Below are positions 8,726 through 17,034 of a stretch of DNA of 29,895 nucleotides, in pieces. The translations under genes and the position numbers were made by a program. The notes under the pieces are model-generated. The model was not told the DNA's origin, did not search any database, and saw only the letters and a program-made list of their open reading frames with translations. Each line of letters begins with the position of its first letter. The stretch's first letter is position 1. Origin of the DNA: Clostridia bacterium (lineage in GTDB: Bacteria > Bacillota > Clostridia > Christensenellales > Aristaeellaceae); contig JAUNDF010000008.1 in assembly GCA_030526225.1 (NCBI GenBank), forward strand, positions 2,106 to 32,000, given 5' to 3'.

Positions 8726-9361
8726 TTACTTGCTCAGCAGGGGACGGGCGACAGTTTTGTTGAAAAACTCAATCAGCGGCCCCATAAAGAAGGCGGTGAT
8801 GATGGTGCCGATGCCGGCGATGGTGGGGATGGCGCCGAAGGCACCGCCGCCCAGCAGGAAGATGCCTACACCGGCCGCAACGCACACAAGGTCGGTCATG
8901 ATGCGGCAATACTGGAATTTGGCCACCTTCCACTTTCCGGCCATGGCGATGGCCACCGCATCGTAGGTGGAAACGCCAAGGTCTGCGGTCATGTACAGCG
9001 CGGAGCCGAAGCACATCACCACAATGCCGATGGCCAGACAGACCGCCCGCACAGCCATGGAAGGGGCGGGGAGCACCGTCAGCAGCCAGTCGTAGGTAAA
9101 CTGGGTGATATAGCCCAGCAGGAACAGGTTGATGAAGGTGGCAATGCCGATTTTGGTGCGGTCCACCAGCAGGCTGAAGGTGAGCAGCAGCAGGTTGACA
9201 ATCACATACAGCGTGCCGAAGTCAATGGGAATCAGCTTGTCCAGACCGCTCATCAGGGACTGGAAGGGGTCCACGCCCAGGGCGGCAATCTTGAAAACAC
9301 CCACGCTCACCGCGCAGATAATCACCCCGCCCAGGGACATGAGGATGCGTCTTGCTTTCAT
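8726..9361 (-). CDS. YczE/YitT-like polytopic membrane protein (function unknown)
   Basis: About 211 aa with roughly 6 predicted TM helices (GGVIICAVSVGVF..., GVDPFQSL, GVSTYDAVAIA). ATG at 9361 is preceded by GAGGT. The N-terminal 62 aa of ORF 8726-9547 is Ser/Arg-rich, overlaps the neighbouring gene and is rejected. TAA stop. Confidence 0.7.
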   Translation of the reverse strand: MKARRILMSLGGVIICAVSVGVFKIAALGVDPFQSLMSGLDKLIPIDFGTLYVIVNLLLLTFSLLVDRTKIGIATFINLFLLGYITQFTYDWLLTVLPAPSMAVRAVCLAIGIVVMCFGSALYMTADLGVSTYDAVAIAMAGKWKVAKFQYCRIMTDLVCVAAGVGIFLLGGGAFGAIPTIAGIGTIITAFFMGPLIEFFNKTVARPLLSK

Positions 9362-9406
9362 GCCGGGTACCTCGCTTTGTTGGTAAATGATGGAAATGCT
9401 GACAGT

Positions 9407-9435
9407 ATCATAGCATGGCAGTTGTTTGAATGCAA
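9407..9435 (-). promoter_or_regulatory. Sigma-A-type promoter for the YczE-like gene
   Basis: Minus strand reads TTGCAT (9435-9430), 17-nt spacer, TATGAT (9412-9407), in the 85-nt gap after the macro-domain gene. Confidence 0.55.
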
Positions 9436-9446
9436 CAGGGCTTGCC

Positions 9447-10517
9447 TCAAAATCCCAGCGGAACCTGATCGAACTCGAACAGCGCCTCGTTGATTTTGAA
9501 AATGTTGTAGTTCTTCCGCTCGATGAAGAAGCGGATGATTTTGTCAAAGGTGCTGCTGTCCGACAGGGTCAGCCCGGCAGAAGCAAGCAAATCCTGGGTT
9601 TCGTCAATGTCCAGCTTCAGAGCGATGGCAAAGCCCAGCGCCGTCTGCTTGGAGGGCTTGTAGCCCTGTGGATTGCACTTGATTTTGGAGAAGGTCTTTT
9701 TGTCCACGTTGGCCTTTTTGTAGCATTCCACATCGGTCATGCCCCGGTCATCAATCCAGCGGAACAGCTTGACGGCAAAGGGCTGGTCCATGCTTTTCAG
9801 GTACTCGGTCAGGGTGTCCTCGTCATCATCCGGGTAGCGGAAATCACAGCAGGTAGCGGTGACCCCGGGGACCTTAGACGGGGTGTCGGCCATGGGGACG
9901 GGCTTGCCAGATTGCGGCGCGAAGAGGCAGTCATCATCAGCCATGTCAGCACATCGGGCGGACATCATGGAGGGCATGACCTTTGGCGCAGGCATGACAT
10001 CGCCTGTGATGTAATCGCTGATTTCATCAAACAGCTGCCGGCTGAAGGCATAGCTGGTGCGGTCGTAAACGCACAGATAGACCATCAGCTCGTGGTGGTA
10101 CAGGAATTCGGAGATGATTTCCACCGCGTAGGTGAGCACCTGATCCTTGGGATAGCCATAGGTGCCGGAGGAAATCAGCGGGAAGGCCACCGAGGTCAGG
10201 CCGTTGTCCACCGCCAGCTTCAGGGACTGCTCATAGCAGGAGCGCAGCAGGATTTTTTCACCCCGAAGGCCGCCCTGCCACACCGGGCCGGAGGTGTGGA
10301 TGACATACCGGGCGGGCAAATCAAACCCGGGGGTGATTTTGGCCATGCCAAGCCCCAGGGGGCTGATGCGCGCACAGGCCGATTCCATGGCGGGTCCGGC
10401 GCCGCGATGCACGGCCAGATCCACGCCGCTGTAGCCGATCATATCCTCGTTGGTGGTGTTGACAATGGCATCAACCTGCATTTTGGTGATGTCCTGCCGG
10501 ATGATTTGCAGGGGCAT
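9447..10517 (-). CDS. Macro domain (MacroD/YmdB-type ADP-ribose/O-acetyl-ADP-ribose hydrolase) fused to a C-terminal HTH-like domain
   Basis: N-terminus: QDITKMQVDAIVNTTNEDM..GYSGVDLAVHRGAGP...YVIHTSGPVW...VAFPLISSGTYGYP. A low-complexity acidic/Cys linker follows. C-terminus: MTDVECYKKANVDKKTFSKIKCNPQGYKPSKQTALGFAIALKLDIDETQDLL. ATG at 10517 has a GGAGGTG RBS. The 278-aa N-terminal extension of ORF 9447-11351 is antisense to dapF and is rejected. Confidence 0.8.
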   Translation of the reverse strand: MPLQIIRQDITKMQVDAIVNTTNEDMIGYSGVDLAVHRGAGPAMESACARISPLGLGMAKITPGFDLPARYVIHTSGPVWQGGLRGEKILLRSCYEQSLKLAVDNGLTSVAFPLISSGTYGYPKDQVLTYAVEIISEFLYHHELMVYLCVYDRTSYAFSRQLFDEISDYITGDVMPAPKVMPSMMSARCADMADDDCLFAPQSGKPVPMADTPSKVPGVTATCCDFRYPDDDEDTLTEYLKSMDQPFAVKLFRWIDDRGMTDVECYKKANVDKKTFSKIKCNPQGYKPSKQTALGFAIALKLDIDETQDLLASAGLTLSDSSTFDKIIRFFIERKNYNIFKINEALFEFDQVPLGF

Positions 10518-10718
10518 AGGTGCACCTCCGAATGATGAAAATGAATGAAAAGTGTCGCGTTCTGTCCCTGCCATTATATCACAGATTGGATGAAAAATGT
10601 GGAAAACCGCCGCAGAATTTTGTCTTTCTTTTGTGCTGATTGCAGATTGCCTGTGGCACGGAAAACAAAACTGTGATAAAATAAAGAGGGTATGCCCGGC
10701 AACATAAGGAGGTTCCCC

Positions 10719-11576
10719 ATGATTCGTTTTACCAAGATGCACGGCATCGGCAATGATTATATATACATCAATTGCCTGGAGGAAACCGTGGCTGATCCTG
10801 CTGAGCTGGCACGGAAGATGAGCCGGTACCATTTCGGCGTGGGCAGTGACGGGCTGGTGCTCATCTGCCCCGGCACCATGGCGGAGGACGGAAGGCTTTC
10901 CGACTTTACCATGCGCATGTTCAACAGCGACGGCAGCGAGAGCGAGATGTGCGGCAACGCCTCCCGATGCATCGGTAAATATGTATACGACCGCGGCTTG
11001 ACCGACAAAACCACCGTCCGCCTGATGACCGGCGCAGGGCTGAAGCTGCTGCGGCTGCAGGTGGAAAACGGCTGTGTGCAGTCTGTGACCGTGGACATGG
11101 GTGAGCCGAAGTTCACGCCGGAGGAAATCCCTGTGCTGCTCACCGGTGACAGCGTGCTGGACCGGGCGGTTGAGCACGAGGGAAGGACGGAGGCCATCAG
11201 CTGCGTATCCATGGGCAATCCCCACTGCGTAATGTTTGTGGAGGACCCGGACGCGCTGGACCTGCCTGCCATCGGCCCCAAAATGGAGCACAGCCCCCTG
11301 TTCCCCAGGCGGGTGAACGTGGAGTATGCCCGTGTCATCGACCGGACGCACATCCGCATGCGGGTGTGGGAGCGCGGCTCGGGGGAGACCCTTGCCTGCG
11401 GCACCGGTGCCTGCGCCGTGCTGGCTGCGGCAGCCGCCACCGGCAGAACGGAGCGCCGCGTGAGGATGGATTTGCTGGGCGGCACCCTGGAATTAACCTG
11501 GAATCCCGAGGACAATCACATCTGCCAGACAGGCCCCGCCGCCTTTGTGTTTGACGGTGTCTGGCTGGAGGAATAA
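10719..11576 (+). CDS. dapF: Diaminopimelate epimerase
   Basis: [18 protein letters not shown]-terminus and two catalytic Cys contexts ([23 protein letters not shown]). AAGGAGG RBS 6 nt upstream of the ATG at 10719. Confidence 0.9.
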   Translation: MIRFTKMHGIGNDYIYINCLEETVADPAELARKMSRYHFGVGSDGLVLICPGTMAEDGRLSDFTMRMFNSDGSESEMCGNASRCIGKYVYDRGLTDKTTVRLMTGAGLKLLRLQVENGCVQSVTVDMGEPKFTPEEIPVLLTGDSVLDRAVEHEGRTEAISCVSMGNPHCVMFVEDPDALDLPAIGPKMEHSPLFPRRVNVEYARVIDRTHIRMRVWERGSGETLACGTGACAVLAAAAATGRTERRVRMDLLGGTLELTWNPEDNHICQTGPAAFVFDGVWLEE

Positions 11577-11595
11577 GCAAGAGAGGCGGTTGACC

Positions 11596-12822
11596 ATGTT
11601 TCATATTAACGACAACTTCACCAAGCTCCCCGGTTCTTATCTGTTTGCGGAAATTGCCCGCCGCGTAAAGGAATATCAGGCTGCCAATCCCGACGCGGAT
11701 ATCATCCGTCTGGGCATCGGCGACGTGACCAAGCCCCTGGTGCCCGCGGTTATCGAGGCCATGCACAAGGCTGTGGACGAGATGGGCGTGCAGGAGACCT
11801 TCCGCGGCTACGGCCCCGATTTCGGCTATGACTTCCTCGTCAATGCCATCCGCGAGGGTGATTATGCCACCCGCGGCATCGACATTGCCTATGACGAGGT
11901 GTTTGTATCCGATGGCGCCAAGTGCGACGTGGGCAACATTCAGGAGCTGTTCAGCGATGACGCGGTGATTGCCGTCACCGACCCTGTGTACCCCGTGTAT
12001 GTGGACAGCAACGCCATGGCAGGCCGCGCCGGTGATTATGTGGATGACAAGTGGTCCCGCCTGGTGTATCTGCCCTGCAATGCCGGCAACGGTTTTGTGC
12101 CTGCCGTGCCCGACTGCGATGTGGATGTATTGTACCTGTGCTACCCCAACAACCCCACCGGCACTGTGCTGACCAAGGAACAGCTGAAGGTGTTTGTGGA
12201 CTGGGCACGGGAGCACGGCGCCATCATCATCTATGATGCGGCTTATCGCGCCTATGTCACCCAGAAGGACATCCCCCTGTCCATCTACGAGATTGAGGGC
12301 GCAAGAGAGTGCGCCATCGAGTGCAACTCCTTCAGCAAGACCGCAGGCTTCACCGGCACCCGCTGCGCCTACACCGTCATCCCCCACGAGGTGATGGGTC
12401 TGGCCGCCGATGGCAGCAAGGTCAGCCTGAATGCGCTGTGGAAGCGCCGCATGGCCACCAAGTTCAACGGCGTCAGCTACCCCATCCAGCGCGCCGCTGC
12501 CGCTGTGTATTCCCCCGAGGGACAGGCTCAGATCAAGGAAGTGATTGCAGGCTACATGGAAAACGCCCGCATCATCCGCGAAAGCCTGATGGCACAGGGC
12601 TATGAGGTGTTCGGCGGTATCAACGCCCCCTACATCTGGCTGAAGGTTCCCGAAGGCATGACCAGCTGGGCATTCTTCGACCTGCTGCTGGACAAGTGCC
12701 ACATCGTCGGCACTCCCGGCTGCGGCTTCGGTCCCAGCGGCGAGGGCTACTTCCGCCTGACCGCCTTCAACACCCTTGAGCTGACCAAGAAGGCCATGGA
12801 ACGGATTTCTGCGCTGAAGTAA
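11596..12822 (+). CDS. dapL: LL-diaminopimelate aminotransferase
   Basis: Near-textbook DapL motifs: [66 protein letters not shown] (PLP lysine), [22 protein letters not shown]. Sits directly downstream of dapF. Confidence 0.9.
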   Translation: MFHINDNFTKLPGSYLFAEIARRVKEYQAANPDADIIRLGIGDVTKPLVPAVIEAMHKAVDEMGVQETFRGYGPDFGYDFLVNAIREGDYATRGIDIAYDEVFVSDGAKCDVGNIQELFSDDAVIAVTDPVYPVYVDSNAMAGRAGDYVDDKWSRLVYLPCNAGNGFVPAVPDCDVDVLYLCYPNNPTGTVLTKEQLKVFVDWAREHGAIIIYDAAYRAYVTQKDIPLSIYEIEGARECAIECNSFSKTAGFTGTRCAYTVIPHEVMGLAADGSKVSLNALWKRRMATKFNGVSYPIQRAAAAVYSPEGQAQIKEVIAGYMENARIIRESLMAQGYEVFGGINAPYIWLKVPEGMTSWAFFDLLLDKCHIVGTPGCGFGPSGEGYFRLTAFNTLELTKKAMERISALK

Positions 12823-12894
12823 GCGCGGAGCCGTTCTGTTGATATAGTGTTCAGCTGCCTGTGCGCCCTCTCCCAAGGGGGTGATGGCATCTTG

Positions 12895-12977
12895 GACACG
12901 GCCGTGTCGCACTGCCAGCTCAGTCCGATTCAACCAAATAAGAGGCTCCCACTTTGGGGGAGCTGTCACGAAGTGAC
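12895..12977. other. Structured intergenic element (palindrome plus tandem hairpins) between dapL and the orphan lipoprotein gene
   Basis: GACACGG/CCGTGTC perfect 14-nt palindrome at 12895-12908. Hairpin GCTCCC(12945-50)-ACTTTGG-GGGAGC(12958-63) is immediately followed by hairpin GTCAC(12965-69)-GAA-GTGAC(12973-77). No T-tract follows either one. Confidence 0.4.
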
Positions 12978-13016
12978 TGAGAGGGCCCACAACTGCATAG
13001 ACGAGGAGGGATTTCT

Positions 13017-13655
13017 GTGAAGAGAACAATGTGCCTTTTGCTGACCGTGATGCTGCTGCTTGCTTGTGCCTCTGCCTCCGCTGTGACGCTCAGGCCCGAC
13101 AAGAGCCTGATTCCGCCCCTTGACAACGGCACCTTTGCCGTGGAGATTGACACCGTGGACACGCTGTATTCCGGTGGATACATCGACACAGAGCTCTTCG
13201 CCCGGTACATTTACCCGGTGTCTGATACCGTGTTCCTCCAGGTGGGGGACAAGGTGGAAGTGGGCGACATGGTGTTTACCGTCGATGAGGTGGAGGCGGT
13301 GGAATATCCCTTCCGCGATCTGCCGCTCATCATGCTGCTGGACAAGAAGCTTGGCGGCCTGACCATGTGGCCCAACAAGGAAAGCACGGGCTACTGCGCC
13401 GTGTACAATGATTACCACTACTGCATCCCTGTGGGGAAACACCGCATCATGATGCCCCTGCCCTATGCCTTCAAGGCCATGTACGGCGAGGAAAAGCACG
13501 ATGCCTATGACTTCGAGCGGGACATTGTGGAGCTGTATCAGGAATACGACGGCAAATACACCCGCTACAACAGCGAAATCACCTTCAAAAACGGGCTGGT
13601 GGTGTATGTTGAGCACTACGCCTATCCCGAAGGCGAGGAATTCGGCGCGGACTGA
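13017..13655 (+). CDS. Hypothetical secreted protein / probable lipoprotein
   Basis: GTG at 13017 lies 6 nt after GAGGAGGG (alternative ATG at 13029). Signal peptide MKRTMCLLLTVMLLLAC-ASASA with a lipobox-like LLAC. I recognise no family motif. Coding-like codon usage. TGA stop followed by a terminator. Confidence 0.6.
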   Translation: MKRTMCLLLTVMLLLACASASAVTLRPDKSLIPPLDNGTFAVEIDTVDTLYSGGYIDTELFARYIYPVSDTVFLQVGDKVEVGDMVFTVDEVEAVEYPFRDLPLIMLLDKKLGGLTMWPNKESTGYCAVYNDYHYCIPVGKHRIMMPLPYAFKAMYGEEKHDAYDFERDIVELYQEYDGKYTRYNSEITFKNGLVVYVEHYAYPEGEEFGAD

Positions 13656-13668
13656 TGTGCCGCGGCTG

Positions 13669-13709
13669 CATCCCCTTCCGTCACATGCCGGCGGAGGGGG
13701 ATGTTTTTT
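13669..13709 (+). terminator. Rho-independent terminator
   Basis: Stem CATCCCCTTCCG (13669-13680) / CGGAGGGGGATG (13692-13703), followed by TTTTTT (13704-13709). Confidence 0.85.
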
Positions 13710-13752
13710 GCAATTCTGCTGTTGAAAAACGCCCGAATTGCCCTTTCATCCC

Positions 13753-13781
13753 TTGACATATTTTGATATTGAGACCATAAT
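13753..13781 (+). promoter_or_regulatory. purA promoter
   Basis: TTGACA (13753-13758), exact 17-nt spacer, CATAAT (13776-13781). An ~75-nt leader contains a CCTTCGG (13799-13805) / CCGAAGG (13828-13834) pairing. Confidence 0.65.
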
Positions 13782-13861
13782 AGAAATGTCGAAATATGCC
13801 TTCGGCTTATTCGGTATGCAAGCCCTTCCGAAGGAGGGGCAAGAGAGGACGGATTATTAAC

Positions 13862-15136
13862 ATGGTACAGACCATTGTCGGCGCCAACTGGGGCGATGAA
13901 GGTAAGGGCAAGGTTACGGACGTTCTTGCCGAAAAGAGCGATGTCGTCGTTCGTTTTCAGGGCGGTGCCAACGCAGGACATACCATCATCAACGAATATG
14001 GCAAATTCTCCCTGCACCTGCTGCCCAGCGGTGTTTTCCACCAGAATGTGGTCAACATCATCGGACCCGGTGTGGCACTGAATATCGAGGCTCTGCTCAG
14101 CGAGCTGGAGGGCCTCACCTCCCGCGGCGTACCCATGCCCCAGCTGCTCATCAGCGACCGGGCACAGGTGATGATGCCGTATCATGTGGATTTTGACAAG
14201 TTCGAGGAGGAGCGCCTGGGCAAGAACAGCTTCGGCTCCACCAAGAGCGGTATTGCACCCTTCTATTCCGACAAGTATGCCAAGGTCGGCATTCAGGTTT
14301 GCCAGCTGTATGACGAGCAGATTCTCCGCGAGCGTCTGGAAATTGCGCTGGTGAAGAAGAACGCCCTGCTCAAGGAGCTGTATCACAAGCCCGAGATTGA
14401 CATCGAGGAGCTGATGGCCCACCTGAAGGTGCTGGCCGAGAAGATCAAGCCCATGGTGTGTGACACCACCCTGTTCCTGCACAAGGCCAACAAGGAGGGC
14501 AAGGTCATCCTGCTGGAGGGCCAGCTGGGCTCCCTGCGTGACGTGGATCACGGCATTTATCCCTACACCACCTCCTCTTCTCCCGTGGCCGGCTTCGGCT
14601 GCGTGGGTGCCGGCGTTTCTCCCCGTGACATGACCGACATCTACTGCGTGACCAAGGCTTACTCCAGCTGCGTGGGCGCTGGTCCCTTCGTGGTCCGCAT
14701 GGAAGGCGAGGAAGCCAACGAGCTGCGCATGCGCGGCGGTGATGCCGGTGAATTCGGCGCCACCACCGGCCGTCCCCGTGATGTGGGCTGGTTCGATGCT
14801 GTGGCTACCCGCTACGGCGTGATGGTTCAGGGCGCCACCGAGGTGGTGCTGACCAACCTGGACGTGCTGGGCTATCTGGATGAAATCCCCGTTTGCGTTG
14901 CCTACGAGGTGGATGGCAAGCAGATTACCGATTTCCCCGCTACCCCCACCCTGATGCGCTGCAAGCCCGTGTACGAAAAGCTGCCCGGCTGGAAGTGCGA
15001 CATCCGCGGCATCAAGCGCTACGAGGACCTGCCCGAGAACTGCCGCAAGTATGTGGAGTACATCGAGAAGGTCTGCGAGGTACCGATTCACATGGTGTCC
15101 AACGGCCCCCGTCGTGATGAAATCCTCTATCGCTAA
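13862..15136 (+). CDS. purA: Adenylosuccinate synthase
   Basis: MVQTIVGANWGDEGKGKVTD P-loop, FQGGANAGHT, GSTKSGIAP, TTGRPR. ATG at 13862 was chosen because PurA proteins begin a few residues before the GDEGKGK loop. TAA stop. Confidence 0.9.
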   Translation: MVQTIVGANWGDEGKGKVTDVLAEKSDVVVRFQGGANAGHTIINEYGKFSLHLLPSGVFHQNVVNIIGPGVALNIEALLSELEGLTSRGVPMPQLLISDRAQVMMPYHVDFDKFEEERLGKNSFGSTKSGIAPFYSDKYAKVGIQVCQLYDEQILRERLEIALVKKNALLKELYHKPEIDIEELMAHLKVLAEKIKPMVCDTTLFLHKANKEGKVILLEGQLGSLRDVDHGIYPYTTSSSPVAGFGCVGAGVSPRDMTDIYCVTKAYSSCVGAGPFVVRMEGEEANELRMRGGDAGEFGATTGRPRDVGWFDAVATRYGVMVQGATEVVLTNLDVLGYLDEIPVCVAYEVDGKQITDFPATPTLMRCKPVYEKLPGWKCDIRGIKRYEDLPENCRKYVEYIEKVCEVPIHMVSNGPRRDEILYR

Positions 15137-15147
15137 TTGAATCATAT

Positions 15148-15181
15148 TCCCGTCCGGTGATGCTGCCGGGCGGGATTTTTG
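15148..15181 (+). terminator. purA terminator
   Basis: Stem TCCCGTCCGG (15148-15157) / CCGGGCGGGA (15166-15175), followed by TTTTT. Confidence 0.8.
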
Positions 15182-15193
15182 CGTATTATAATA

Positions 15194-15221
15194 CCCGCCG
15201 TCCCTTTGCGGAAACGGCGGG
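15194..15221 (-). terminator. Probable terminator of the minus-strand modABC unit
   Basis: Stem CCCGCCGT (15194-15201) / ACGGCGGG (15214-15221), 13 nt after the modC stop. On the minus strand it is followed by the U/A-rich TATTATAATA. Confidence 0.55.
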
Positions 15222-15234
15222 TGCATTTGTTTGA

Positions 15235-16278
15235 TTACGCGTACAGCAGCAGGATATTTGCCGGGGCGATGCCCAGCTGTTCTGGCATTTGCTGGGGCTT
15301 GCGGTCCTTGGGGACGCGCCACCAGACAGGCTCCGTATCGGAAGCCTGATTGGCGTAGCGCAGCAGCAGAATCCACTCGAAGGGCTCCTCCATTTCGGAG
15401 ACAATGTGCATGGGGTAGCTGTTCAGCGTGGTTTTGGGGTTGAGGTAATGGGCGCGGAAGGCCACGCCCACAAGGCCGTCCCTGACCGGCTGGGCTGTTT
15501 GCAGGCGAATGCCCCAGTCAGGCACGTACACTTCGTTTTCGCCGCATTTCTCGGCGCGGGCAATGTTCTTGCAGCCGGTGAGGGCAGCGGCGCGCAGCGT
15601 GCCGGGGTTGGCGAAGAGCGCCTTGGTCTCCTGGGGTGTCTGCATGCTGCCCTGATCCATCACCGCCAGCCGGGCGCACATGTGGTACGCCTCGTCACGG
15701 TCATGGGTGACCATCAATACAGGCTGACCGTATTGGGCCAGCAGTGCCTTCAGCTCAATCTGCAGTCGGGTGCGCAGGTGGCTGTCCAGGGCGGAGAAGG
15801 GCTCGTCCAGCATCAGCAGACGGGGCTTGTTGACGAGGATTCTCGCCAGTGCCGCGCGCTGGGCCTGTCCGCCGGACAACTGATGGGGGCGGTGGTTCAT
15901 CAGCCCCTCCAGCTGCAGCAGGGAGGCCACATGCTCCAGCGCCTCCTGCCGCTTGTGCCTGTCCTTTTCGTGGTGCATGCCGCAGAGGATGTTCTGCCGC
16001 ACGGTCATGTTGGGGAACAGGGCATAGCTTTGGAACAGATAGCCCACGCGGCGCTGCTGGGGCGGCAGATTGATGCGCTTTTCCGAGTCGAAAAGCACCG
16101 TGCCGTCCAGCTCGATGCGACCCTCATCCGGCGTTTCGATGCCGGCGATGCACTTGAGCGTCATGCTTTTGCCGCAGCCGCTGGCACCCAGAATGCCGAG
16201 GGTACCGGCCTCATGCTCAAAGCAGACGTGCATTTCAAAGCTGCCCAGTTTTTTGCGGATGTTTACCTTCAGGCTCAT
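15235..16278 (-). CDS. modC: Molybdate-type ABC transporter ATP-binding protein with C-terminal regulatory (TOBE-like) extension
   Basis: Walker A GASGCGKS, signature LSGGQAQR, Walker B LLMLDEPFSALD, H-loop VTHD, plus about 110 extra C-terminal residues. ATGA overlap with modB. The symbol is assigned from context (modA/modB neighbours). Confidence 0.8.
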   Translation of the reverse strand: MSLKVNIRKKLGSFEMHVCFEHEAGTLGILGASGCGKSMTLKCIAGIETPDEGRIELDGTVLFDSEKRINLPPQQRRVGYLFQSYALFPNMTVRQNILCGMHHEKDRHKRQEALEHVASLLQLEGLMNHRPHQLSGGQAQRAALARILVNKPRLLMLDEPFSALDSHLRTRLQIELKALLAQYGQPVLMVTHDRDEAYHMCARLAVMDQGSMQTPQETKALFANPGTLRAAALTGCKNIARAEKCGENEVYVPDWGIRLQTAQPVRDGLVGVAFRAHYLNPKTTLNSYPMHIVSEMEEPFEWILLLRYANQASDTEPVWWRVPKDRKPQQMPEQLGIAPANILLLYA

Positions 16279-16979
16279 GCTTTCACCGCCTTTGTCTGCT
16301 TTGCATGGCCGCGCTGTTTGCGCTCAAGCAGGTTGACCGTCAGCAGCACAACGGTGCTGATGGCCAGATTAATCATCACCCAGAAGAACGCGCCCTGTTC
16401 ATCGTTGGTGCGCCACAGCTGATACACGGTGGTGGAGATGGTGGCGGTTCTGCCGGGGGTGTAGCCGATGAGCATGCTGGTGGCGCCGTATTCGCCCAGT
16501 GCACGGGCAAAGGCCAGCACCACACCGGCAATGATGCCCTGCTTGCAGGCGGGCATGCGGATGCGCCAGAAGATGTAGCTGTTGCTAAGGCCCAGCGTCT
16601 GTCCGGCATAGGCCAGCGTTTCATCGAAGCTTTCAAAGGCGCCGCGGGCAGTGCGGTACATCAGCGGGAAGGCCACCACCAGCGCGGCCAGAATGCCGCC
16701 GTACCACGTCATGACAAACTTGATGCCGTACTGGGCAAGGAACATGCCAAGCGGGCGCTTGGTGCCGAAAATCAGCAGCAGAAAATAGCCGCAGACCGTG
16801 GGGGGCAGCACCATGGGCAGGGTGAGGAACACATCAAGGATGCCCTTGAGTACCCTTGGCAGCCGGGCCACATAGTAGGCGCACAGAATCCCCAGAAAAA
16901 ACACAAGCACGCTGGCAATGGCGGCGATGCGCAGGGAGTTCCACAAGGGGAACAGATTGATATCGGTAAAAATGTTCAT
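16275..16979 (-). CDS. modB: Molybdate ABC transporter permease
   Basis: Multi-TM permease (about 5-6 TM helices) with the ModB/CysT-type EAA loop (AFARALGEYGATSMLIGYTPG). Confidence 0.85.
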   Translation of the reverse strand: MNIFTDINLFPLWNSLRIAAIASVLVFFLGILCAYYVARLPRVLKGILDVFLTLPMVLPPTVCGYFLLLIFGTKRPLGMFLAQYGIKFVMTWYGGILAALVVAFPLMYRTARGAFESFDETLAYAGQTLGLSNSYIFWRIRMPACKQGIIAGVVLAFARALGEYGATSMLIGYTPGRTATISTTVYQLWRTNDEQGAFFWVMINLAISTVVLLTVNLLERKQRGHAKQTKAVKA

Positions 16980-17001
16980 GGGTCACTCCAATTAGGAAAA
17001 T

Positions 17002-17026
17002 ACCGCCCGAAAGCAGCTCGGGCGGT
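17002..17026 (-). terminator. Intra-operon hairpin (partial terminator or stabiliser) between modA and modB
   Basis: 9-bp stem ACCGCCCGA (17002-17010) / TCGGGCGGT (17018-17026). On the minus strand it is followed by ATTTTCCTAATT, then the modB RBS. Confidence 0.5.
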
Positions 17027-17034
17027 AAGGGTTG

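Noticed and set aside
9447-10517. The macro-domain protein as a DarG-like antitoxin of a DarTG toxin-antitoxin or defence pair.
   Set aside because: No DarT/DUF4433-like or other ADP-ribosyltransferase gene is adjacent. The upstream neighbour is divergent dapF and the downstream neighbour is a membrane protein with its own promoter. The macro domain looks MacroD/YmdB-like and the C-terminus HTH-like rather than DarT-binding.
10518-10718. A lysine (L-box) riboswitch or leader peptide upstream of dapF. A 35-codon ORF starts at 10532.
   Set aside because: No L-box-like conserved segments were recognised. The small ORF has no RBS on the plus strand (the CCTCC there is the minus-strand RBS of the macro gene). 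An extended -10 (TGATAAAAT) near 10673 leaves only a short leader.
10518-11351. N-terminal 278-aa extension of the 634-aa ORF 9447-11351, which would make a giant macro-domain protein.
   Set aside because: The extension is antisense to dapF and has shadow-ORF composition. A strong GGAGGTG RBS precedes the internal ATG at 10517, where the macro domain starts as homologues do (MPLQIIRQDIT...).
13656-13861. A purine/guanine riboswitch upstream of purA, and likewise upstream of xpt at 24936-25028.
   Set aside because: The conserved purine-aptamer three-way junction core was not visible. The leaders predicted from the promoters are too short (about 75 nt and 30 nt). Only a simple CCTTCGG/CCGAAGG pairing is present in the purA leader.
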